DNA from: Phallusia mammillata
Lineage: Eukaryota
Length of the DNA: 64,000 nucleotides
Assembly: GCA_965637545.1 (NCBI GenBank)
Contig: OZ281497.1
Location: 17,732,001 to 17,796,000, forward strand
Reading direction: 5' to 3'
Shown in pieces: positions 1 through 13,828 of this stretch (positions are counted from its first letter, which is position 1; every line of letters begins with the position of its first letter). Under the pieces are notes generated by a model. The model did not search any database. It saw only the letters and a program-made list of their open reading frames with translations, and was not told the DNA's origin. The translations under genes were made by a program, and so were the position numbers.

Positions 1-536
1 AGTGGTTAGGTTAGTTACATGCATGTAAGCATTAATTACCAACATTTATTCGTTACCCGATAACGCATACAAGTGTATGAGTGCGCGAGCTTGATTAAAG
101 AAACGCTCGGATTGAAACCTGATCCGCGTCCGGCTTTGCCACTAATAAAGCAGAAACGCCGTTGCGTCTATTGTTTGTTAAAGCCGAAGCTTGTGGGAAC
201 AATGTTTTTGATTGAATGTTTAATTTGTATGAATAAACCAAAACACTTTATTTTGCATGTGCGCCACAATACAACGAGTTTGAGTTCAACAGCAGTTTTT
301 ACGGATCGCCAATAAACTTAACAACACTTTCTGTTGCGCTTAATACCAAATGCCAATATCTGGTTTATTGTATCTGAGAGAGACAAGCAACTTTTTTAAG
401 CAAACACTTGTTTTGAAACTTATTAAATGAATCATCCATGTGGTCGATAAATTCGTGGCATCAAAAATGGAAGTGTTGGGATTGCGCAGTGGTTTGTTGT
501 TTTAACGTCCGTCCTGAGCCTACTGTTGTGTTAGAG

Positions 537-753
537 CGGTGGTCGGCAACCGCCGGTCCGCGAGGAGTTCGTTACCGGGCCGTATAGGTTTTCAGGTTAA
601 ATCTTATTAAACATTTTGCCCATGTATGCCGGGGATGATAAACTAATTTAGGCGTTTTTATTGCTAAATATATGTAGTTTTTTGAAGACCGGTCCGCGAT
701 AAAATTTTAGTTTCAAAAACGGTCCGCATTGCAAAAAAGGTTGCCGACCCCTG
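537..753. mobile_element. Non-autonomous hAT-type MITE, same family as 50370-50604
   Basis: Termini cggtggtcggcaacc / ggttgccgacccctg. Flanking 8-mers tgttagag (529-536) and tgttacag (754-761) match 7/8. Internal sequence closely matches the copy at 50370-50604. Confidence 0.85.
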
Positions 754-954
754 TGTTACAGTGTTCGGACCATACGTCAGTTTCATATGATCTTTATTTC
801 TTAAACCACTGGTTCATAAAAGAAAGCTGAACTCTTGACATAATAACGGAAGGAATTTATTGACTTAATAACGGGGAAAAAGGAATAGCTGTGAAAATGA
901 AAGGGAATATATTTTCCATTTTATCGTGTTTATTTGAAAAAGAATGAACCCTAC

Positions 955-3900
955 CTCTACGAATGAACCCTGTTTCCTCCACACACTGAAAGCAAACCAG
1001 CCAGGAACGCAGATCATCGATGTCAATGACAAACACCAGCCAATAACGTTTGCCCATAACGGGTACTCGTAGTCGCCCTGTTTCAGGGGTTTGGAGTTGA
1101 TGCAGTAAAACAGGAAAATGAACTGCAAAAAATGTATGTAGATTTTGGCCCATCTGAACGGGTTTTCAATCAGCATCCTAACAAAGGACTTGTGCCGCGT
1201 GTGTGAGAGTATGAAGAATAGGCGCCTTGCATGCGGCATCCGTTCGAGATAACATAGCTATATTTGGTTACATGTCCTCAGTAGAGCCCACGCGCTATCG
1301 AAGTTTTCCACAGGCCGTTTTGAAATGATAAAGTACGTCTTATAACAAAAGCATGGAGAGTGATCCATAATGCTTCTGCTGTGTATGTTCGCTTAAAACA
1401 AAAGCATTGCCACTAACGATGACAAAACAGCAACGTTAGTGGATGGTTATTCGGTGTAGCATCACGATTTGAACAAAGGGCACACTATTTTACATTCTTT
1501 GAAGTAACCACACAGAACAGAAGCGCAAGGCGTTTTGTTTTCGTACTTACAAGGTGCGTACAGCTCCCAAGGGAATGACGCACGATATGTAACCGCATAA
1601 CCATCACCGCCCATGCAATATTACTGCTGTTTTCAGCCTACATGACTCACTGTTTCTTTGAGAAATCAATGGTCATATTGATATGTTTCAAAGCAAGTTT
1701 GCCTGGAAACCAATCACGTTGCATTTCGCCAATCGCATGTTTCCTCCCTGTAAAAGCGTTGTTATGTCTCGGTGCCACGATAAATAAACGCATTCCTCCA
1801 AACAATCTAAACCAGTGGCCCACTGGTGGGCCATGGAAGCATTTTGATTGGGCCACAGACCAACCAAATAGAAAGCTTTTTTTAAGAATTTACTATCATT
1901 TGTGTCACTACACTCAATTTTACAAGAATAATGGCTAGGGGAGGAATTGAGAAGGAATGTTTTTATTTTGTTTTTTGTTCTGAACCTATTTTATAGTTGT
2001 TTTCTTTCTATCTTAAAAATTTACTGGGCCACAGAATTTTTTGGCAATGAAAGTGGGCTACGAAAGAAAAAAGGTTGAGAACCACTGATCTAAACGCACC
2101 GAGTTGAAAAGTAATTACAGCTTTTTATATTTGCTCCTGAAAATCTTTATGTGCACGTGTTGGTTTGCTCCTAAAAACAAAACCTAATTGCAGAGGACAA
2201 ATATTGATTCATTCGCGAGAAGGTGCTCGCGCTGTATCGTCAAATACCAAAATTGGCTTTATTTACTGCCTGTAAAAATCTTGGACATGTAAATAGATAA
2301 AAAAAAAATCGGCGCACATAGATCATTTGACAAACTAAAACACAAATTGAGCTGTCAAGGAATCCCGCTTGTCAAATGACGCCTCAGTTCGTGTTTTAGT
2401 TTTCAGTCAACAACTGGGTTGTTTCGCGGAATGTTATCAGTAGGATAAGGCTTCACATAGACAGAATGATTACTGAGAGCTACTGCGTGGGGGTTGCATG
2501 GGAAACGCGTCGGATATTTTGACTTCTCACAGCCGGCCGTTCGGCGCAGAGGAAGACTGGAATTTGACATTTCGCAACACCCTTCAGTTTAAACCTTAAC
2601 AGTCAGGATATAAGCACCCAAAACAACATGCGCAGTGTATTATATTCTATATGCTACGACCACTTCTTTCACGACAGACTTTCCCATGTAATAAACGCGT
2701 TTAAACCATAAGGTTGACCTTATAAATAACTTTTTACGGTTATTTTCTGCCATTGCAGTGTAATATATGTTTGATTGTTAAATTATACATAGGGATGTTA
2801 TCTACTTTTTGACAATTTATGACATTATCATTTTTTAAACATAAATGTATTTTCTATTCACACACATAATTAAAAATTGAAACACACCGATTTTTAGTAT
2901 GTAGGCTTAATTAAGTGTGATTCAATTTCCACAGATGCTACAGTAAGATGTTTTGTATGTATTACTTTATATGCCTATTTGAGAATGTCCGAAAATTCAA
3001 AGAAAATAGACAACTAATATTTAAGATGCATATGTGTTCAGTATATGTGACAAATGGAAACTCTTTATCATACGATAAAGAGGCACAATGAAAACAGTGG
3101 CTGATCCATTTTTGAATCAAACACTTAAGTAGTCTGTTCCATACAAAGTAGGCGTGTAAACACGCGATCGAGATTTATAGTTAACTGCAGCAAGCAGGAT
3201 AAAGAACGGGAAAAAAGCGTCACACATGCTGAACTCGTTCGTCACATCTTGTATATACGTACCGTCGCCATTCCAGGGGTGATGAACTTATAGCAGTATT
3301 TGAAATAACCAATCGGGAAATAGCCAATCATAGACTCGATGTTGCCATAGAAACGGTCGGCCCCGTAAATCCAGCCAATAGCAATTGCTTCAAAGAACAC
3401 CAACCAGAGAAGAGATATACCGCTGGCGGCGTACATATTTAGCAGCTCGAAAAGGTAGATACCACCCTGTTTGTAGAAAGCAAATATCGATTGATACTCA
3501 AGATGGGTGCTAGCTCTGTTCTTATAAATAACTGAATTCGCTTAATACCATTTGGGCCTAATATTTTGTTCTAGCGCGTTATCCAGATAAAAAAAAGTAA
3601 AACACTATGCCAAGTTGAAATTTGTAAACGCTTTGTGTGCCAGTAAGTATAAACGTGTGGAAAATATTGTACTAAACGAACATTTGTGAGTAGAGGCAGC
3701 CCAAGAAGCAAAAGGGTTCCGGCAACGATTGCAGTAAGCTTCTCCTGTCCGTACTTGCCGCGTTTCATCCGCGGAACAACATCCGCGATGGTCGACACCC
3801 CACACTCCACACAAGCAAACTGCAAACAAATGTGGTTGTTTGTTGACAGTCTTGAGGAATTTGATCATAAATAACTTTAAAACGACAACAGACGGCCCTA

Positions 3901-6900
3901 AAGCAGCTTAAACGAGGGACCTTGCGTAAAAGTGCTTTAAATGTCATCAACAATTTTTTTTGTTATTTTGCGTTTTAAATAACAAAGTGTTCAATGCAAA
4001 ATAACGGATGGCGCCGACATGTTTAAATACGCAAAAGGAAAATAAATCCAATTTTGGGAAGCGGGGTCCGAACCCACCTTCTCATTTCAAAAAGTTTCTG
4101 AAAAATGAAAAAAATTAAAACAATACGCTTTACTATCTCACCTGTGTGTCGACTCCCACCAGAAAAAGTGTAGCGAAAAAGAGGCCAGACCAGAGCTTCG
4201 GCATCGGCAAAAGCGACAAACCAACAGGGTACACAAGAAACACAAGACCGGGACCTGAAAAAACATAGTCATGTTATTACAAGGATCAAAGCGTCTTTAA
4301 GACATATTATAGGCAACAGTAGTATTAAATTTCGCCTATGTACGCGAAATCTTTGCAAGGCGTAAACTAAGACTTACAGTCACAGATTTTATTTGTACAA
4401 CATAGAGGTGACGCTAGACTTACGCACTGTGTTGTTGAATTGGATATCTCTTAAATTCCAAATCAAACACTGCAAAACGCAGCGATAATTTCAACCCACG
4501 TTTATCTTATTAATTGGCAATTTCATAATTGGTTGTATGGGTTTGGAGCAAGACAAAAGTAACAGTTTTTTTTTATCAAGTAGTAAACTATTACAAAACC
4601 CCTCCCCAAACAAAAGAAAATATTGTTTGGTAAAAACAAACTTGTCTTTAACAACTAGCTGTACTAGCCGTAAGTGCACAAAACGCGCAAACAATCTTTA
4701 TTTATATCACAAAGTAAGTTTGAAATTCAGAATATTCATGAATCTGTTCAGGACTCAAAATTTCCATCAACAAATATAAGTTCATTGTTACCATTATCGT
4801 ATTTAGGGGCGGAATTTTCCACGTGATAAACAAAGACTGACAAATACGAGGTAATTTGTGGAACGTACCTCCAACAGCTACTTGGCTCACATCCTTATCC
4901 TGGATAAATGCCATATGCCCAAGTAAACTGAATATTACCAAAGATGAGAACAATGAAGTAAGACTGCATGTACTGGATAAGATAACGCATTGTCTGTAGA
5001 AAAATACGGTACTGATAACATCAATTCGAAGTTACGTGAAAACCCTACATTATTTTTGTCCTGACGTTGGTGAAAAAATAATGTTCATATTACTAATTCC
5101 TTACGTCAAAAGCAGACAGCACAGGGATTTCATATAAATTGGTCACCTGTAGCAATTGTTGTTAAACTTGTTAAAACTTCCGAAAGCGATCAAAACCGTA
5201 AAGCAGATTCCGTATGAAAAGAAAATTTGACCTCCTGCATCGACCCACACCTGGACGACAGGAAAATGACGTCATATCAGCTGACGCGCTTAAGGGCATA
5301 AATTATTCACGAATTTCAAAGTAGCTGCATAAAACCTACTTGGGCCTCCTTCAACTTGGTAAAATTCGGCTTTAGCAGATACTCGATTCCCGTTGAAGCG
5401 CCCTCGAGTGTCAAGCCCCTTACAAGAAGCACTGCAAGGAGGACGTACGGGAGTGTTGAAGTGAAGTACACGACCTAAATGTGTAAGTTGGAATAAGTTT
5501 ATCATAATGATCTCTGGCACAACTTGCTAGTTTGAACTACCTTTCCGCTCCAGCGAGTGCCTTTGAATATGCAAAGGTAAATCACGAGCCACGAACCAAG
5601 AAAACAAGCCACCAAAGGCCAATTTGTAATTGTTCCTATTTCGGAGAGACCTGATGACTGCTGTAGCACATTTCGCCTGAAACAACAAGTTAATATAATT
5701 AATTTTCATACCTCAAGCAATAAGTAGACAACTATAAAGGTATTTTTATACCTCCAAAATTCTGATTCGGGCGAAACTGCCAACGCCGACATGTTGGCGT
5801 CGCTGCTGTTGACCATAATATAGGTGTCATTGCCCCCTGTGGTTTGGTTTTCTTGGAATCCTGGTAGTCGACAATCTGGACTGTTCCACCATTGCCCTGT
5901 GGGAAATCATTGTATTGTTGCTAACACACTCCGTAACAATGGTACGCAGTAGGTACTGCAGATGTCTTGGATCAATAAAACAGCAAAAATTTTGCTATTT
6001 GAATATACCAGGCCATGAATGCGATACGCGTTTGAATGGGTACGGCAGAATACAATATTCTTTTTCGTTTTTATGAATTTTGGGCTGGTTTCAATGCTTC
6101 GTATTTGTTTTTGTTTTTCTTTTCTTTTTGGGCGTTGGTTTTAACAAACAACAGACACATCGCTTGCAAACCCAGACCATTACCCTGAAATATAGTTCCA
6201 GCAATGTTCACTTCACTAACATTGTAACTTACCACAAAGCGTCCAGGGCAGTTCTCCGGGAAACAAGCAGTTAAAGAAATAGTAAACTGACCAAGCCATG
6301 ACCACCATGTTGTAGGTGCTGAACACGAGATTGACGAAAGTGCATCCGTATCCGATACCCTGCGGTAAGTTGTAGATTTTAAAATGTTTTATATTCTTTG
6401 ATTGGTTGGTTGCAGTTAAACTGCTATTTTGGCACCAGTTTACCGCATTTACGCTCTATGACTCTAAGCCGATAAGTACACAAATGGGCGTTTTTTTTCG
6501 ATCAGCTTGTAGTGTAAAATATTTATTTAGTCATCATAGCGGAACAAAATTGCGAGAATATAAGTTGGGTTTGTATTTTCGAACACAGTGAGATTTGGTT
6601 GACTTCCAAAGATGGAGATTTGTTTTCAACTAACTAACCTTCATGGAAGGAAGAATCTTCCAGACTTCAACCGCGCCCAGTCTTGTGTACTGACCGATCG
6701 CAACTTCGAGGAAAAACATTGGGATGCCACCAACCAGCATGATAAGGAAGTACACCAGCAGGAAGGCACCTGAAAAGTTCAGTTGGTTTAAAACACACTG
6801 CAGTGTTTTTCGGATTGAGCATAAATAGGGAGATGTTGTGTAAACAATGTTGTGTATAAATGACAAATTGAGTGTGGGTCGATACTTACCTCACCCCTAA

Positions 6901-7807
6901 ATGTGTTTTCTTTTAGGGGTACTGTTTTTAAAGGTAAAACAGAAATTATTTAAAGCACGAAAACAATCTTAACAAAAATGTTTGAAGCTATGCACTGTGA
7001 TGTTTAAACTCTTTTAAATGCAGAAAATACCAAAAACTTATTCGTTGTTCCATTGGACGAGGACAAATTCGTTGCAGCGAGGATTGCCCTTACACATGCA
7101 CTCCTTACGGCAAATGAACTCTCCACAACAGAACTCGCAAACCAATTGGGAAAAGCAAATCGACCAACGGCAAATAGCACGCAAATTAAAATCAAAAGTG
7201 AAAAAGGGCGACCGAAACGTGTCGGGACGATGCAGAGCCGTTGTGTCCATCCGGCCCATGCAGTGGCGTCCGGGCGCGGGCCAGCAGTCCTCTCTTACCT
7301 CCGCCGTTTCGGTAACACAAGTAGGGGAAGCGCCAAACGTTCCCGAGGCCAACTGAATAGCCGACCATTGCAAATATGAACTCCCACTGTTTTCCCCACG
7401 TTTCCCTGTCAACAGAGCAGTTATATACATGCACCGGCAAGGCCGCTACATACAGCGGCTGCTGGTCGGCCGAAAACGCTCATGTTATAGTAAGAAAAGG
7501 AAGAAAACCAGAAGATTATACCTTGTGTTGAACTTATAGTGAAATTTTGCGTCCACACGAGCTTACTCGAAAACAAATAGTGTGTACAAAAACACTACAC
7601 AAAACAATAGGAGATTGGAGGTATGGAAGAAAATCTTACACAGGTAACACGCTTGCCTAGTTAAAATGCTGAAATGGGACAAAGGATTCTTTCCTTCAGC
7701 CCACTCGACAAATCAACTCACCTCGTGCTGTTATCCTCTTCGCTGCTAGACTTGGAGCTGTCTATCTCCTTCTCATCGTAGATGACTTTGCACGTTTTTT
7801 CACTCAT
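955..7807 (-). CDS. SLC6A: SLC6 (neurotransmitter:sodium symporter) family transporter, GABA/taurine/creatine-like; spliced, final exon not located
   Basis: In-phase GT-AG exons: 7807-7722, 7405-7299, 6769-6639, 6359-6233, 5896-5752, 5676-5541, 5474-5340, 5250-5147, 4993-4869, 4254-4142, 3819-3682, 3466-3263, 1122-955. Motifs include RETW...[66 protein letters not shown] and [12 protein letters not shown]. The terminal exon after 955 is unresolved. Confidence 0.93.
1813..2087. mobile_element. hAT-type MITE in SLC6 intron
   Basis: Perfect 8-bp TSD atctaaac (1805-1812 and 2088-2095). Right end aaggttgagaaccactg; left end cagtgg is partly deleted. Confidence 0.85.
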
Positions 7808-9688
7808 TTTTACGAGGCTAATTATGACTGCAGAAAATTAGGTTTCTAAACACTGATTTGGTAAGGAAAATTTTACCTGCAAAATAAAGAATGTTTATGT
7901 GGACAATTTTTCGGAATGGTGACAGCGGGAAGTGACTTTGCTTTCCGTTTATAGATAAAAGGCACCAGCATGGTAAGATCCACTGGGAAATTCATTCAGT
8001 TAAAACACAGTTTAATCAGTTAAACAAACAATTAGAACAAGAACATGCGGTTGAGGGCCACCATTTGTATGTACCGTACAGCCAGCATTCCAGCAACAAA
8101 AGCTACACTTTGTTTCTTAAAGTAACCACAAAATTCCACATCATTGTAAAGCTGCTTCCCGTACGTTGGTTATTGGTAGCCGGTTACTAGGCATCGTGAT
8201 CGTCGTTTAACACTTTTATACAGCGGCCCAATTACTGACTGTTGGAGTGTTGGATAAAGCGCGGGACCCCATTCAAGCTTTCTCTTTGTTTCATTTCCAC
8301 TGAAGCGGTTAAACGGCAATCACGTTGTTTTTAAACGGTAACTTTTTTTCGGTCCATGAAAAAGGCAACGCACACTTTTTTACGTAACCGCGTTTTCGTT
8401 GGTGCCTCGTGTTAGAATTAGACCAAGATGAAAATTGGCTGAGTAGAAATCCCCCCACACCAAACCACATGGTCGTAAACGCTTCCTTTTCAAGCTTCTG
8501 AATAATGTTAACTGCTTGCTGACAGCCATTCTCTGCTTAAAAAGGTAACGAAACGTAAGCTATACTGTCTGCTGGCTTCAGCTGCTTAACGGTTTAGTTT
8601 ATATGTATCACGTTGAATACGACAAGTAGACAGCTGTCATGAGCTTAATGTATCTAATATCAACAGAAAGTAAGCTTAAAAACCTAAACGACAAAACAAA
8701 TAGGCTACTTTCCATAAAAAATGTAAAGATCTTGTTACATTTCGAAATTTTTCCGTTACGGACATGCGTCATCCCTAGGCAAGGCTTTAAAGAATTGCCA
8801 CAATTTTCCAATGTGAAACCGTTGAACAAAGTGTTTCCTGGCTGCCTTTTTCTATTTTTTATTGAGGGGAGCGTTGAGTGCCGAAAGCACACACACGCGT
8901 ACACACACACTGGCACAAGCGGACACTATTGCTTCTGATAAAAATGACATATGGCTTCACACAACACATCTGGAGACCATCACTAGTTTTGACAGAAATA
9001 GGTCTTGAACTCGACCTCATGACTTCAGAAATTACCAAACAAAGTTTAATTCATCAACAAAGCGCATGTAAATACTCCACTGTATGACCATTCTTATTTT
9101 GAAGATTTAGAAAAGACGGCTTGAAGTTAAAAACATTTTTTTTTATTTCAAACCTTCCGTACAGACTCCATAAACGTATAGTTTGTTTTCCTAGTCACAA
9201 ACAATAATTAACGTCTTTGTGACACTAAATAGCTGGGTTGCATAGATTACTTATGATCAAAACTCCGAATCATCTGTAAATACTTGCCGCACTTAAGATT
9301 TTCCTGTTAACTTGCAAAGATATATTTAAGAGCAAGCAGTTCGACGTTCAAACGAGATATATCTGGAATCAATTAATATATAACCTGTTGCTACCAGGAA
9401 TAATATTAACTTTATAGAGCTCTTTCTGCAAAACTGTGTAGTACGTCGAATCGTAGGTGCTAAGTACAATTGCTTTCATTAGTGTTTGCCAAAAAATTAA
9501 TTTGAACGACACCTATTTTGTAAAGGTCATTTAAACACCTGTGTTTAAAAACATGTACAGTATTGTTTGATAATCCGAATCAAATAAAAATATAGTTCCT
9601 ATAAGTTCGCATGGAGTAGCTCTGCCATACGTTATCTCGTTGGATGACAGTTCTTCCTTTTTGGCCTAAAAGTAAGTGGTCCTTTGAG

Positions 9689-9790
9689 CAGAGTTGCAAG
9701 CGGGCCCGAAATTCGAGCCCGAACCCGACAAGCCCGAAGCCCGGCCAGAACATAATCGTTTTTGAGAAGTCCGAAAGTTTGATTAACAGG
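9689..9790. mobile_element. hAT-like element end with cccga subterminal repeats, related to 49990-50179
   Basis: Starts cagagttgcaagcgggcccga, matching the reverse complement of the 50179 end (cagggttgcaagcgagcccgg). No matching other end was found. Confidence 0.5.
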
Positions 9791-10429
9791 CCTATAATAT
9801 AAAAGACACAATGAACAATAATAGACAATGACCTTTGGGTGCAAAAGTAACTGTTAATATTCTTTGTCAAGAATATGTCCACTGTTTTGGTGATGAAAAT
9901 ATGCCAGGCCAAGCATAAAGGTACTCGAAAGCAAGGAGTTTGAATAGCTATCGAGATTGTTTTGGATTTAAACAGAACATGCGGAAGGACTTTTATCAAC
10001 ACTGGTTTATGTTTTGAAAGGACATAATGCACAATAACTACAGACCGATAAACGTATGACACACTTGTGCATAAGAGCAGGAACAAAACACCTTCATTAC
10101 ATTATTGTTAAAACTTTTGCACTTTTGCGCTATGGATAAAATCCACTGCACCACATGAAGATACTGGCACTTGTAGTGGTTTTATTTTGCAGACAATAAC
10201 AATGTGAATTTATCGGAAAATACTATTTGCGAAATGTATTTATATTTGATTCTGAACATCGCTGGACGTGCACTAACGTTGGAATGACCTTTGTAAACAG
10301 GTGTAGGTAAAAGTCATTTTGTTGGCAAATAGTGGTAAAACCAAACATCTTTCGTTTGAACTTTAAACTGGTCTCATGTTAATTTGGAATTTTAAACGTA
10401 AGTGGACACATTATTACCACACGTTTTAG

Positions 10430-10680
10430 TCATCACATTTTTTTACCTTTTTTTCTTTTTCGTCGAATTGGCCATGATGCTGTTTGCTAATGTTTAAGAA
10501 TCAAAAGCGATCCACTTTAATTTGGCATGCGGGTTTAACCATTATGCCACACGTTGTCGCCGCATTTTTTACCCTTTTTCCTTTCGCCCCAAAACTGCAA
10601 CGGTACTTTTTGGTAATGTTTAAAAATCAAAAGCGATCGACTTTAATTTGGCCTGTTGGTTTAACTATTGTGTAATTACT
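10430..10680. repeat. Degenerate tandem duplication, ~126-bp period
   Basis: taatgtttaa(g/a)aatcaaaagcgatc(c/g)actttaatttggc occurs at 10488 and 10614; the flanks also align. Confidence 0.8.
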
Positions 10681-11332
10681 TCTGTTGGTCCTTTTTCCAG
10701 TTGGGATATGATTTTAGCACTGAGCATTTCGCATTTTCAACCAATGTTTAACTTAACAAACCTCAGATTTTAGAAATGGGATGACTTGTCCTCAATTGTG
10801 TCTACCAAGCCAGTCAATGTTGAATAGTTGTTCACATATCCGGCTATGAGTTTTGTTAATGTTACGGAATTATTCTGGGCCCGAACCCTGCAATATCGGC
10901 CCACCACCAAAGCCAAAGATACCGCGCACTGGTTTAAGTTTGGACGGCTTAACTTTATTGAAACTATAAAATCAACAACGATAAATGTAGCTACGTTAAA
11001 ATGCAACAACACGTGGCGACCTTTAACCAAACAACACCTCGCGTTACATACCTTTCAAAAGACGTTAAGATATACAAGAAAAAACAAAAGAAAAAATATT
11101 TTTTGTCTACATTTTTTAACTGGTACATGATACATCGAAAAGCCTGTAGTACTGGCCTGACTCACTAGTTTTGACAAGAAATTTCCATCAACTTACACAG
11201 CTTCGAACACAAAATTGATGAAGCACTGTTATGCAATTCGTTAAATAAAAAGATGATTTTTGCAAAAGAATCATTTTTGTTTGCAACAATAGCAATAATT
11301 GAATCTTATACGTATTAAACTGATAATTTCAA

Positions 11333-11426
11333 AAAATCCCAAGGTTTAAAACGTTTTTCCCAAGATCCCAAGTTTAGCACTGAAATCCCAAGATCTTGGG
11401 AAAAATCCCAAGGAGTGGCAGCCCTG
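11333..11426. mobile_element. Probable hAT MITE end with clustered tcccaag subterminal repeats
   Basis: Five copies of tcccaag plus one inverted copy, ending in gtggcagccctg (reverse complement cagggctgccac). The other end was not identified. Confidence 0.45.
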
Positions 11427-12632
11427 GTCAAAATGGAATTAACACTTTAGGCTACTAGATGTTTCCAATCTAGATGGCTCATGGGCCATTAACTGTGATA
11501 AACACCGCTATTTTGTTGAAATGAAAAAGCTCGTGGCTTTACTATCTTACTTGCGTGTTGATCAATGTTTTTTTTATTTCATAACAAAGAAAGCAATTTT
11601 TTGCGCATCTTAGTTTTGTCTGTGATGTCACAACCTGCGCATAGGTCACTGATATGCCTAACCATGGCTCTTGCAAGAGAATAATATTTAGGTAAATTGA
11701 ATCCTAAAGCTGTAGTGGACTGGTAAAACTAAAAATTACTTTTAGCAGCTTAAGGTTTGGCTTTGCTGAGGTGTTAAATTACCTTTAGCAATTGTATTCA
11801 TCTTGGACCGCGGAAAATTACGAAACGTCATTTATGTAAATGAAATGGTTTGGAAACCACTGACCTCTGAAAAAGTCAATGCGGCCTACATAAGTGTCAA
11901 TAAAATGTTGGTTGGCCTTCATGAACTTTAACGTTCTCTATCCCTATGCTACACTAAAACAGTAGTCATACAAAATCTAAACGGATTTTTAACTTTACGC
12001 TTTAATGATCAGAACACGTTTGTATTATTTCATCACAATAACAATGTATCACAAAAGTTAAATTTGATATTTTAGCTTTGATATTTAGATTTATGATATT
12101 AGATTAATATTTTTTTATTTGCTAATAACGCCGCGGGCCACAGAAAATTGCCTTGCGGACTACACGGTATTGAACATTCTTTTAGTTAGAGTCATTCGAT
12201 GGGCAAAATTGCCATCTTGGATCAAATCAGATTAGCTGAATCTTCAAAAACATATCAAACTGACACTAATCAAAACATGCTTCATATCTATAGTATCGAA
12301 TGCAAATGATTTCTCCGCCATGTGGTAAATGTTGCTATAACTTGCGCTGGCAGCAGAAAAGGCAGCTAAATGTGCAAAGTAAGAGAAGACTGACATCAAT
12401 AGAAATAGACATTATTAATGTTTTACATTGTCGTTATTTTTTGGTTCACATATTTTTTTTGGTTTAAATCAAAGTATTTCACCGCGGTTTTGCAAATCTA
12501 TCGCTGCTAGAGTTCATTTACAGAAAAATCCAGTAACGTCGCTTTGGCGTGACCAAACGACATGACGCAAGATCATTTATCATCACTAGAGGCGCTGTGA
12601 AGCCAAGAACTCAAACTTGTCCGAATGGTCTG

Positions 12633-12822
12633 GCGCGCCTGACCCACATACAAGCATAAAAAAAACCTTGATCGGGATTCTTCCCCGGGATTGTCCTGGG
12701 TTCGAACCCCGTGAAAAAAAAAAAAAAAAAAAAAGTTAAACAAGAGGGAGACAGGCGCCCGACCCATAACCAGACATAAAAACTTGATCGGGATTCGTCC
12801 TGGATTTAAAACCCGCAAAAAA
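12633..12822 (+). repeat. Two ~85-bp direct repeats with a tRNA T-arm-like motif and an A21 tract (possible SINE remnant)
   Basis: ggcgc..gaccca..cataaaaa..ttgatcgggattc..gtcctgg occurs twice. The first copy has gggttcgaacccc followed by A21 (12714-12734). No A-box or full cloverleaf. Confidence 0.4.
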
Positions 12823-12852
12823 GAGTTTATCAAATATTCTGAGGCACTAGAC

Positions 12853-13166
12853 CGAAGGTGGGCAACCTTTTTGCATGCGCGGGCCGCAAATGTAGTGATA
12901 CATTGCGGCAGCGGGCCGCAACGATGATCATTCAATAACATAGCAGTGCTAGGCAAAGTCAAACACAGAATAATTGTGTCTTTGTGCGTAACAATGCCTC
13001 TTCTTAGTAAGAAACTAATAACTATCAACGTTTAATGTAACAACCTTTTGGTATAAATTGGGCTTTAACACATACAGTTCGTCCGCCGATAAAATAAAAT
13101 ACGAGTCGACCGCTCAAAAGTTGCTCGCGGGCCGGATGCGGCCGGGCCGTAGGTTGCCCACCCCTG
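12853..13166. mobile_element. hAT-type MITE
   Basis: Termini cgaaggtgggcaacc / ggttgcccacccctg. TSD cactagac / cgctagac (7/8). gcgggccg subterminal motifs. Confidence 0.8.
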
Positions 13167-13507
13167 CGCTAGACCATCACAATGATTAAAAACCTGGTAC
13201 GAACTCGCAAAAGGATGCAGTGTTCCCAAAACCGAAAACAAGTTTGCAAGTACAATAGACGTGTCAAACATGTTGAAACAACCTTAAAACTAACGTCGTG
13301 CGCGCAGCAGTGGCATTTTCGCACTCAAATAGGACGGTAAAGCACAGGACAGAAGTACTGCAACATAATTTATAATATTTTTGATAATGTCGTCGAACTC
13401 GCCACGCCTCTCAAAAAAAACTAAAAACTAAATATGTAATCAACTAAAACCCAAATTTCAAATGTTGTAAACAACACAAACGATGTTTAGGAAGTTGTTT
13501 TCTAGAC

Positions 13508-13828
13508 CCAGGGTCTGCAAATACTTTTTGGCGCGTCCATAAAAACAGCTCATAAAGTCTCACGATCCAATGTACACAATATCATTTTGTTCAATATATT
13601 TTGTTTTGTGATATTTTCACGGTCCATGAAAGGTTGAGAATCCACTGGATTAAACTATCAACCGAGATACTGCACTGACAATCGCTGCAAAGGTTGCCGT
13701 CATACTTGAACTTACACAAGCAATAGGTATTTAGATTGGGTTTCTCGGCAATTGTGCAAACCTAAAACAAAAAATGGTCGTTATATTTACACGTAGATTT
13801 AGACTTTTCGCAAGTTTGAGGACCCCTG
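13508..13828. mobile_element. hAT-type MITE, possibly composite
   Basis: Left end ccagggtctgcaaata, right end aagtttgaggacccctg, flanks ttctagac / ctctagaa (6/8). An internal second end, aaggttgagaatccactg, lies near 13630-13647. Confidence 0.6.

Noticed and set aside
73-315. 80-aa plus-strand ORF, and similar short ORFs in the track
   Set aside because: No recognisable motif, non-ATG start and no splice context. Such ORFs are expected by chance in six frames.
361-378. Strong minus-strand acceptor (ttgcttgtctctctcAG) as the last SLC6 exon
   Set aside because: In the required phase 0 it gives only IQ-stop. I could not support it or any alternative, so the 3' end is left unresolved.
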